Shown here: positions 37,213 through 48,379 of the stretch, piece after piece
How the letters are laid out: every line of letters begins with the position of its first letter
Position numbering within the stretch: the stretch's first letter is position 1
Origin: Antedon mediterranea
Taxonomy: Eukaryota > Animalia > Echinodermata
Assembly: GCF_964355755.1 (NCBI RefSeq)
Contig: NC_092678.1
Location: 6,340,422-6,404,421 of the forward strand
Reading direction: 5' to 3'
DNA length: 64,000 nt
Notes under the pieces: model-generated
The model's input: only the letters and a program-made list of their open reading frames with translations
Told to the model about the DNA's origin: nothing
Databases searched by the model: none
Translations under genes and position numbers: made by a program

Positions 37213-38363
37213 ATAATTTGTTGGTATCTCTAGGTAAACATGTAATTACAATTTGAACAATACAAACATTATACTTACATACTACTACCCTGCAATTAAT
37301 TATATTGGAAAAGTCTAACATTAACAATAATCTATTGATATCTACTGCATATGATAATATTCAAGGAAATTAAAAAATGGAGAAGTATAAACAATAGTCT
37401 ATAAACCTAACAATATTCCCAAGGCATTTTGTTTGTAGAAAATAGTATTCATTTCTGTGTCAACATCAACATTATACAATGAGCCAATTAGTGTGTAATG
37501 AGCTTTGTCATTTGCGGTACAAGTCAGCCACCGAGGCCCCAAGGAAAGCCATGGTAATCGCTTTCAACGCCATGTTTCTCACCAGGCCTAGAATGAAATA
37601 TTTCACACCACTGAACATCTGTTCAGACCATGCTTTCATCAGCTGGATTGACAGCAACTAATTTTAAGGTACAGATTGATGAATATTTTCATAATAAATA
37701 ATATATTTCATTAGCCTATTCAAAATCTTTGATTGTTGTTAAGCCATGGTTCCGAAAACAATAAATATCTGATTGATTGAACTCTCTGACCTTTTTTGTT
37801 ATTCTTTTCTGTAGGCTAGTTTAGTTTTAGAAACAGGTAGGACAAATTGTTAACCCAAGGGGGGCAAACACTTCCTGTAGATGAATAGCGGCCTTACGGT
37901 GGTAATCTTTAGAATAAGCTAATTGCTCAGTACAAACTGAAGTCAAAAGTTTTGGTATGAATTACATCTTTAAACTAAATGGTGTGTAAACACACCCTTA
38001 TTATAATCATGGACCTATAAGTGATAGGTCCATATATTATAATCAAGCATAAGTTTTGTAGAGTTACCCAACAGTCCAGTGGTTTTGAAATTTCTGTCGA
38101 AATATTTATATCAAAACATTGCTAAATGTTTCAAGAAACATTCCAAAATGTCTGGTTTTCTGGGAACCTGTTTCTGCCAAAAATAATGTTGATATTAAAG
38201 TAGGGAGGAATGGGCAAAAAATTCTTAGGTGAACTTTTATTTCAAACCATGAACCTAAAATTAATTAAAATTATTTTAAATATTTATGTTTATTGCAATG
38301 CAAAGAGTAAAAAATATAACATGACTTATCTTTTTTTTTAAAGTGTATACACATTAGTTAATT

Positions 38364-38400
38364 CAGGGAGATGTAAAATAAATTATTTTACATTTCCCTG
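38364..38400. mobile_element. 37-bp palindrome, same family as 32458
   Basis: GTTAATT|CAGGGAGATGTAAAATAA-A-TTATTTTACATTTCCCTG|GTCAATC; flanks match 5/7. Confidence 0.6.
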
Positions 38401-39183
38401 GTCAATCCAGACACGACCAAAAGGCCTTTTGGGTAATAATAATAATAAGTTTATGTATTTTTCTTAGTAGTTCAATATCAATATGAATTTCCATTTTAAG
38501 TAGCAAAAATAACATAATTATACATTTCTTGAACTTTTGGTAGAATCACAATATTTTCAATACCATTATTAAAATACGGTATTTTGAAGATATGAATATA
38601 AAACAGATTTTGGATCATAAGGATCATTTAGTCCAGTTTCAGGAGAACAAACTGTAATATTTAGGCTACTGTTCATTACACTTGATTGTGTGCAGAGCTA
38701 TAACGATGCCATCAGTTTGATTTTAGGATAATATAGGGACCTTCAAACATTATTTACCAATTTCACTGTATTGAAATCTGATATAGCTAAGTACTGCTAA
38801 GTACATAGCCTTGCACAAATATTGATATCAATTGAAAGCTAGCTTTCAGAGATTTCAAAATGTCAGAGGAGATTGCCGAATATTGGATTGCGTACCATAG
38901 TTACGTTGCCATGGACACTGATTGAGGGAATTATAGTATTTCAATTGGATGACTTGAGTGTTGCTTGTTGTAGAATTTCTTCTTTGCTACATTTGACATT
39001 GAGAAACAATACATTCTTGAAGGACATTTGTAGTTTGTTTTGAAATGTAAAGATATTTATAGTAGTAATTTTCTTTTATGATGAGATTTGAGAAAATAAA
39101 TAAATACAAAAACATAATACAGTACTTGCAAGAACTATGTTCACTTTAATTAGATCAGCAAAACAGTTACTTATTAATGATAA

Positions 39184-39684
39184 TAGAGAGGTTTTACAAC
39201 CTTACTAATACGATAACGACAACGGATACGTCACGCACATGTATTCGTTTTTCGTAAGCCAGTAAAAATCTTTTTCGCATGGCAACGAAATATTGAGAGT
39301 GCCGTCCAATATATGACTGCGGTAAATTTGAGCGAAGCGCAGGTACGTGTTGCTTGGTGCTTGGCTGCCTAGGCCTAGCGTAACATCAAAGCGAGTGAAG
39401 ACTTTAAAAACTGCTTTTTATCAAAATTGACCTGGCATTTTAGTAAATTACTTTAGTAAATTACTTTCAATAAAGGTATAATTATATTATAGTCATGAAT
39501 CATTCCTGATTCAAATGCAAAATGTGCAAAACTATACTCGTTTTGTAGTTACGAATAAGACTGGTGATATTCATCAACACGAATACGCTTTACGAATATG
39601 AAATGGGGATCAGCTCAAAAGTTTCACAAATGTGTGACGTATCCGTTTTCGTTATCGTATTCGTAAGGTTGCGAAAACTCCCTA
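39184..39684. mobile_element. ~500-bp MITE with long (~55 bp) imperfect TIRs
   Basis: TAGAGAGGTTTTACAACCTTACTAATACGATAACGACAACGGATACGTCAC versus reverse complement of the right end TAGGGAGTTTTCGCAACCTTACGAATACGATAACGAAAACGGATACGTCAC. Confidence 0.85.
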
Positions 39685-39724
39685 TTGAGTAACTGTTTTG
39701 TTGATCCAATTAAAGTGAACATAA

Positions 39725-39830
39725 AGCTCTGTCTACACTATCAAAATGTGACGTGCCCATACATCACTAACATATTTGGGTATATCATTACCATATTTAG
39801 TCACATCATACTTTTTTTTGTCAAATTAGA
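39725..39830 (+). mobile_element. MITE family A copy, partial
   Basis: TAA|AGCTCTGTCTACACTATCAAA followed by degenerate internal units. Confidence 0.75.
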
Positions 39831-40557
39831 CATAAATGTATTAATCAAATATCCAGCCGTTACAGGAATATTAATTGTATGATAAATTAATCACAATAAA
39901 TATAATATTAAAAAATATAATGATAAAAATCTACAAACATTAAAAGGTTAGAAATACCTGTACATAAAAAACAACATTGAAAGATTAAGTCAATTTAAAC
40001 TTAAATAATTTTGTTGATTTAAAATGTTTGTAAAAATTAAATTTAATTTGAAGTTGACATATAAGAAAAATATTCATAGTTGTAGGCCTAGTGCTATAAA
40101 TTCTCAAAAATTGTTTTTAAATGAAAAATTAAGAAAATGTGATTTATTCATTTTTAACTTGTGCATGTCGAATAGAAATATCACACAGCCCTTAGGCACC
40201 GACGTTTACCCACGTGTGTACATTATCAAACTTATTCTTAATTGGACCAACTGTTAGCCGTAATAGGTTATTTTATCAGGTCTTCTTGCTTACATGGAAG
40301 ACTCATGCACAACGACTATAAAAAAGAATTTTCCCTATGGCAGAATTTTTTTCTTTTGTAATCGTTGTCTCGTTAAAAAGTAGTTCAATACTTTGGTTGG
40401 TTTATCTTTCAAAATAATCTACATCCGAATTCTTTAGTTCTACTATTGAATAAAAAAAATTGGATTTGATCACAAATTATATAATTATTATTGACAAATT
40501 TTAATCCTGTTCACTAAGCATGTAATTGACTTTCATACAGTTTGCTACCAGATTTAA

Positions 40558-40716
40558 AGCCCTGTTTATACTATCAAACTTTATGTGACAAAAAAATGTG
40601 ATGTGCCCATGTATGGACATGATGATGTCATATCACTACCATATTTGGGCATATCGCTACCATATATGGGCACACTCCACACTTTATCAAACTAGTTTTA
40701 TAGTGTGGACAGAGCT
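40558..40716 (+). mobile_element. MITE family A copy, full length
   Basis: AGCCCTGTTTATACTATCAAACT ... AGTTTTATAGTGTGGACAGAGCT. Confidence 0.88.
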
Positions 40717-40734
40717 TTAAGAACTATGAACAAC

Positions 40735-40766
40735 CATAGAGATATGTTCACTATAATATCTCTATG
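40735..40766. mobile_element. 32-bp hairpin with 7-bp direct repeats (putative P-type footprint)
   Basis: GAACAAC|CATAGAGATAT-GTTCACTATA-ATATCTCTATG|GAACAAC. Confidence 0.75.
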
Positions 40767-42138
40767 GAACAACATACCTCTTCCTATACCTATGCAAGCT
40801 ACACCAATTGAAGTTTAAAGTACTTTTGATTATCTTGTGATATTTCCTGTATTACTGATTGACATTTTAATCAGCTGCTATTCAAGTAATCTATTCTATT
40901 CCACTGTTATTATCTGTGTTTTTAATTAGTAATTCTATAATGTGTTGATTATATGCTGGTCGTGATTTAATGTTCTAGTAAAAGTTTATAAGTTTAATAT
41001 GCAGTAGTTTACTAAGATAATGAGTAAGATTTGATGCAACTAAATTAAACTGTTGTACAGGTTTTAAGCGACGCTTTAAACTAAGATACATGACATATAA
41101 AGTTATATGCAGAAGTTTGGAGTATATCGTGGCATTTTAAACTAAGATAACGGCACATAAAAAAGCTAAAGCTATATGCAGAAGGTAGAAGTTTAAGATA
41201 CGGTGGTTGGGAGGGTGTTGTGGACTTGGTAATAGGTAGTGGGGATCATAATTGGATGTGGGTCCAATATATGTATATATCCCTATTTAAATAAAACACT
41301 GAGCGACATAACGTTGTTAAGAGATGTGGCTTAAGACCGTAAGTGATGGTATGATGTCTATTATTACAGGATCCTTTTGACGTTCGTGTTGGAGAGACAA
41401 TGTTTTTACAGAGATGAACTAACAGACTCTGTACCCATATAATATACTAATATGGATTTACATCGTTTGGGAAGTTAATATATTTCCCTATTTGTATTTG
41501 TGTACAGACAGGAAATAAAAATATACTGTTATTCCTTGTTGTATAATTTGTATTAATTATTTACAGTGTTTAGCTAATAGTAATGCACCTGACTGAATGA
41601 TGCAGTCCTATTGTCCTTTTGTACCTGTCCTATGGCCCTATAAATAGACTGACTCTCTTTTCATTTAAACAAACATTTAAATGTTTACCAACTGATTATT
41701 TGAAAGCTTGGGGTTTCATGATTCATCAACAGTCTAACTGCCGGCTGGTTTGTACCTGAACGATTTAAATAGTAGAATTGACTTCACTGTCGGTAGTTTA
41801 AACCTGTCTGTCTGGCTGTTTAACCCACTGTACTGTAGCTCTTCTTGTGTTTGATGATATACTGTAAGTTCAAACAAATCTTAAAGGTGTTTTCACACTT
41901 TGTTTTTCGATTACTCTGGTCTACATCTGGTTTCTACCAAACCAAAGTAACACCAGACTATTGCTTCACTATCTAGCCTATCTACAAGCTGTGAAGTATC
42001 GGCTTGTATGCTTAGTTTACTCTAGGTGGAAGTTTTATCCGGGCCACCATTTTAAAGGTGAGAATAGGCCTTAACCTTGTTTTAATCATTGTTCACACTG
42101 TATAATGTTTTTAACCAAATTTCTTTTTTTCTCTTCAG

Positions 42139-42221
42139 ATTTTCTAGATTAATCAGTGCTACCTATAGTGGATCTTATATTTCCATAGCTGGATAAAATC
42201 TCACTGAGTGGATTTACGAAG
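42139..42221 (+). other. Candidate 83-nt internal exon, probably untranslated
   Basis: Strong acceptor TTTCTTTTTTTCTCTTCAG| and donor AAG|GTAAAT. No ATG and no recognisable protein. Confidence 0.45.
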
Positions 42222-44109
42222 GTAAATTGATATTTTTGTTTTTGAAATCTAATGTTTTTTTGAGGATTAGTATAGTAACGCAGACTGGTAAAGATATTGT
42301 ACTACTAGTACTATACGGTTATCAATGATACTATATTACTAAATCTGGTAGATTTTTTTTGTGTATACGGGAACGAGAATCATATTTATTCTCAACCAAT
42401 AGCATTGCTCTGTCTGTAGACATGTTTGAATTTATATTATTCATGAGGATTATTAATAAGTGTATGGTATTCAAGATATTATATCCATGTATTATTATGT
42501 TGGATTGACTTAATCTCTGATCAGTCAACCGTAATCCCTGATCACTCAACCATTACGTAATCCATTTTGAATTTTTAATAAGGAGTTTAATACATCAATT
42601 TACAAAACATGTTGCATAATGATACAGGGATTTATTAAAAAAATCTCTCAATATAGTCTACTACTCCTAGTTTATAGCTTCTTATTTTACTGGGCCACAA
42701 TTTGTTATTGATAGCCCGGATTAACATTACACAATCATTTATACAATACCCGATCTAGGTGCAGATTTGTTTGCGCCCATTTTAATGGTAGAGAACTTCC
42801 AATTTGCGACGACTTAGGACCTAGGAAGAATCTACGCCTATTGTTTCGTTGCTTCTTGTCTAGCCTTAGAATTGCCAAACTGAAAAACATTCCAATGTTC
42901 CCGCATTTAACCATGACGTACAGTAGTAACTACTTCCTGGGTCGTAGGTCAGTACAAATTGAAAGGTCCCTCCTACCTACTGTAGAGCCAAATCGAGGAA
43001 TGCTCGTAAAGTCAGTTTAAACTGAAATGCCATGTGCCAAAGGCCATCGCTATATTTTTCCTAATAGCAGTACATACCTATGTGAGAATATGCCATGACA
43101 GATATCTTACAATCTTTGAATTAATCCAACTCATATACCATGGATAGAGGTATAAATCTTATGTTGAAGTGGACATGCTTATGTTTAAATTACTGTATGA
43201 TTAAAGTTTAATCGTTTCCCACTACCCTGTGATTGGTTATTAGGGCCTAGTATGTATTCTTCGACAATGCCATAATATTTCTTTCATTATTTTGTTTTAG
43301 ACAGTTATCATAAAGGGCAATATACTAATCCATTTTCCATAATATTATAAATAAATCCTAACCATCTTGTTTTGTTATGATTATATGGAACATCAGTAGG
43401 TTAATTATTCTTTATCTTCTTTTATTCTAAATATTAATTTTAATTTCAAACTGATTCTAAAATATCATCACCAGTAGTATTACAAATGTATAGTATTTAC
43501 GGTATACATACAGTATTTAGTGTTTTTATGAAAACTATAAAAAAATATAAAAATTAATTTTAAATTAAGTCTTAAATTTAAGTAAATTCTATTGTATCCT
43601 AAATGCTAATTTAAAATACAACTGCATTCTGTAGTTAATTTCTCCATTTTTAATATTGCTGATGATTCACCCTCATTTGTATGCATACTCTATTATATAA
43701 TCAATTTCTCCACCTTTTCTCATTCTAAGATAATTTAATTTGTATAATAATACAGTACAACTGGAATGATAATGACAGTAAATGTCATGCAAGAAGTAAA
43801 CGGAATGAACAAAGCTCTAGGTCAGAAAATATGGAAATTATTATGATTGATTGAAAGTAGATGAACATTTTCCATGGAATCCGGGCGTTGATAGGTAGGA
43901 ATTAAGATACGTGACAAATCGGATTACCGTTTCACTTGACATATTTTCACGAAGTGATAAAATATCTACTAATGCATTATTATAATAAGTGTAACATGAT
44001 AATAGCTTATTAATACTAATACTACCTAAATTTATTCAACACCTAATTAATAATGAGGTCAGATATAGGTCATGTTTTTAATGAAAATATAATTCAACAG
44101 AATATTCAA

Positions 44110-44435
44110 TTAACATGCAAATGCAAAAATAAAAAAAATAATTGATAAGCAAATTAAGAGAAGATACTGTAGGATAAGATAAAATATGCAAATTAAAATT
44201 ATATGTATTATTACTATGGGAAAATTGAAAAATTCACATTGAGAAAATTTAGAGAAAATAGACAGATTAACATTATGCAAATTAGGAGAAAAAAATTAAT
44301 GCAAATTAAGAGAAAATAGGCAAATTAAGAGAAAATAGGCAAATTAATAATTTTAAAAAAGCAAAAACTAAGAAAAAATAGACAACTTATGTAAATCAAG
44401 AGAAAACAGTAAAATTTACATAATTATGCAAATCA
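44110..44435. repeat. Degenerate A-rich tandem repeat (GCAAATTAAGAGAAAATAG)
   Basis: Unit visible repeatedly at ~44149-44400; contains five ATGCAAAT. Confidence 0.7.
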
Positions 44436-44711
44436 TTAGAAAGTACGAAAATCAATAAAAAAAAATGTATATCACTGGATAACGACTAAAGGTTTATTCT
44501 GAGTCAGAATGGCATACCATTGAGATTTTATAAATAGGTTTGTAAAGCCATTATCCTGACTTTATGCAAAGCACTTAAGTCAAGAATATGCAATTTATGG
44601 TCATTGTTTCTAGGCTTGTTCTAATGAAAAAGAAATTTATTCAATATTAAACATTTCTTAAAATTAGTAAAGATTATGTAGAATAATTAGTACTGTATTT
44701 GAACCATCATT

Positions 44712-44961
44712 TTTTGTCTAATTACTTAATTTTTAATTATTAGTTTCAATTTGATTACAGTATTAAAATTTATTTATATTCAATTTTAAATTTGTGAGCA
44801 ATAATATTGAATAACCTAATGCTATGTTAAGCACATTTTCTGTCTAATTACTTAATTTTTAATTATTAGTTTCAATTTGATTACAGTATTAAAATTTATT
44901 TATATTCAATTTTAAATTTGTGAGCAATAATATTGAATAACCTAATGCTATGTTAAGCACA
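44712..44961. repeat. ~126-bp near-perfect tandem duplication
   Basis: TGTCTAATTACTTAATTTTTAATTATTAG...CCTAATGCTATGTTAAGCACA occurs twice. Confidence 0.92.
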
Positions 44962-45419
44962 GTATTATGAGTAATGCTAATAATAATATAGGAAATTAAT
45001 TTTTGTTTTATAAGCAATCGTAAACTGTACGTTAACATAACATTAATTCTAAAGACATCCGCCGCTAGGATATAACAACAAAGTATTCTATTATGTTTTT
45101 AATGGTACTTATTTTATAAAATATAATTATTTATTGATTGTTTCGTATTTTATTGCCGTGTCAACTTTTGTTAAAATAATCTATTGTATTTAAAATCTAT
45201 ACCATTAAATTTAACCACCATTTCTTATGTTTCTGTCAATATTTGAACTGTGTGTGAATAGGACCTTATCAATACCACAACAATACTGTACATTATTCAA
45301 TAAAAACAATGTACATTCATTTAAATCTGATGGCCCTAAATTTTCAAGATTTGAAAATGAAATAATTTAATCTAATTTGTGAATCATTTTATCATCTACT
45401 GTTCTAAGAAATAACAAGT

Positions 45420-45695
45420 ATATTTTTAAGTGTCTTTATTTTTGAGTGGCGTTTTTTTTCATAATTGTTTTATTTCCACGAAAATTAAGTCAATACGAAA
45501 ATAAAAAGCCAGTTTATTTTTACGTTTCTTGAATTTTTGAGTGAAATTTTTTTCATGATTGTTTTATTTCCACAAAAATTAAGTCTATATGAAAGTAAAA
45601 ACCAGTTTATTTCTAGGTTTCTTTAATTTTTGATGACATTTTGTCATGATTGTTTTATTTCCACAAAAATTAAGTCTGTTCAAAAATAAAAAGCT
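45420..45695. repeat. ~94-bp tandem repeat, 3 units
   Basis: CAT(A/G)ATTGTTTTATTTCCAC(G/A)AAAATTAAGTC at ~45460, ~45554 and ~45644. Confidence 0.85.
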
Positions 45696-47439
45696 CTGTT
45701 GTTTGGCTACCTTGCGAGATATTTGTCTGGTACGTATTTGCTGTAATGAGTTTTATTGTCATTTGTTATACGTCTTGTTGCCCATTTAGACAAGCAATCA
45801 CATGCATAAAAGCACTTTGTCAATCCAGTAACAATGCATAATGTGATAAAGATATACCCATGTCTGTCACGGAGGAGATATTGCTTATGGCTGTTTTTGC
45901 GACAGACAACACAGAATGACGGACAGAGAATATAGCATTATCTGTATTTAAATATTTATTTATATTATGTTCCAATTTTCCAAAAAAAAAATTATGTCAA
46001 AAGTTTAATTACAATAGATTAATTAATGTAACTAACCATATTTGAAATATATCCGGATTGAACCAAACACTTTAAAATTAAGTACTGTACCGAGCATCAG
46101 TTCCACTACTTTCTGTATTATCTAATCCTCAAGTATAATCACACCTAGTTTAGACTGACTCTTACAATACAAAATTTAGTAAATTCATTGTTTAATGCAA
46201 TCCAAGTATAATCGCACCCCTATTTTTTTACCAAATTTCCTATCAGTTTCCTTTATAAAGGATAGTTTTATCATCTACAACAAAATAACATCTTTGATAC
46301 TGCTTTATCAAGCAGTAGGCCTGTACTTTAAAAAATATTTAAATCAAATCGACCATCTGTGAATTTCCATACTGCTAATCTGCATTACTTGCGTTCACAA
46401 TTTACAGTATCATCAACAAAAAACGAATGAATGGAAAAAATTTTGTAATTATTAATATAAAAATATGATGGATAGTTAATAGTGTTTTTATTCATATACA
46501 ACAACAAAGTGTCATATTTTTCTGACCTTTGACCTAAGGTGATCCAATAGATATCCCGCAGGTGTACATACAGTATCTTCATATGGACCATTACTGTCAA
46601 ATCATATCACAATATGAATTTGATAACCGATATTAAAATGCCTTTCTAGTCGATTCATTACGTGACTATTGTGGAGAATCTTGTTTTTGTTGCTTTCAGG
46701 GGTCGGACATTGTAACTCGTTCATGTAAACACATCCTCTGTTTTTTCATGGTTGTCGAAATATTTAACAATGTTTATTCAGTCTTGCTTTTGGTGCTGAA
46801 ACTCTAGTTTTTGATAAACGTCACCTTTGTCAGTCTGAATCGTGGCTTATCGGGTTTCCTTAAGTCTATTAAAATCGTTATTAAATTTGCAAACCAGCTG
46901 ATTTTATGTGTTTTTTCATGCTTGTTTCAGAGTTTATCTAGCCGTGCTTTTATGGTGAAACTATTTAAGGTCTAATTTTGTTTATATGTTGAGAATCATA
47001 TACAGTCATCTATAGTTACTATAATATCAATTTGTTATAATTTGGAATTTAGTCGATTCAACTGACCTATATAAATTTCTCAAACTTTAGTGTTAAGTTT
47101 CTAATAAGTAATTACTTTACAATACATTAACATTTATTATTGATCATACAGTGGTATTTATTTTGATGAACTACGTTTTTAACAGAAAATCTGATTGTGA
47201 AGATAACTACAGTAGTGAATACAATTGTGTTGAGGTACTGATGATGTTGACAATTCACAATCATTTCAACTGAAATTAAAACGACACCTAATGTTAAACT
47301 ATAAGGATGACAATCGAATGTCGCAATTTGATTTAGCTGCTGTACTTTGATCTTCTGTGGTTTTTAGTTTTATTTCCTGACACTACAAACTGATTGATTT
47401 TTTATTTTTTTATTTTATTTTTATTTTATTTTTTTTCCC

Positions 47440-47712
47440 CTTGTCTGTGCGTTTTTGTTTTGTATTGCTTGTTTCTCTATATGTATTGCTCTTTTCTCTT
47501 ATATACATCCATTTTATTTGCATAGGCATACCCAGCACAAGATACCCACATCTTCTCGGGATTATGCCTTCCTCCATAGCCTCTTTTCTTTTGTCCATCC
47601 AACAATCATCAATATCCATATTTTTTTTACCTTATCATTTCTGTATACTATTTTGTATTTTTTTGCTATGGTGGAAAATAAATGTCTTTTGAAATGAAAA
47701 ATGAAATGAAAA
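47440..47712 (+). mobile_element. Possible CR1/L2-type LINE 3' UTR remnant
   Basis: Stem AGGCATA...TATGCCT, T-rich tract, AATAAA, then a short (TGAAA)n tail. Confidence 0.4.
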
Positions 47713-48054
47713 CTGGTACCCAAATTAAATTCATTTATTATGTGAATTTGAAACCTTCCTCACAAAACACTCATTAATTGTAAAAAATGGTAGGCATTAT
47801 AGTGCAAGTATAAATTACATCTGCTACCAAACTTGTCATTTTAATAATTTATTCAGATGTACTTTCAATAGAAGTTTAAATTTATAATTAATTATACAGG
47901 AAATTATTAATCTTCTTCTAGTATGAAACCTTAAGTAAATTCAAATTAAACAATTGGTTTAAAAAAGCAATTTGTAATCAGAATGCTTTTGAATGGTTTT
48001 CAGAATTTAATCGGAAAAAAAATTGTCTGTTTGCTGGCCCACTATACCACAGTC

Positions 48055-48379
48055 ACACTATCAAACTTTATGTGACAAAAAAATGTGATGTGCCCATAAC
48101 TGTATGGACACCATGATGTCATATCAGTGGACATATCACTACCATATTTGGACATATCACTACCTACCATATTTGGACATATCACTACCTACCATATTTG
48201 GACATATCACTACCATATTTGGACATATCACTACCATATTTGGACATATCACTACCATATTTAGACATATCACTACCATATTTAGACATATCACTACCAT
48301 ATTTGGACATATCACTACCATATTTGGACATATCACTACCATATCACTACCATATTTGGACATATCACTACCATATTTG
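48055..48379 (+). repeat. MITE family A copy whose internal 21-bp unit has expanded into a minisatellite
   Basis: CACACTATCAAACTTTATGTGACAAAAAAATGTG followed by about a dozen GGACATATCACTACCATATTT units; right TIR absent. Confidence 0.92.

Noticed and set aside
47410-47697. Hydrophobic ORFs on both strands
   Set aside because: T-rich low-complexity sequence of a probable LINE 3' UTR.
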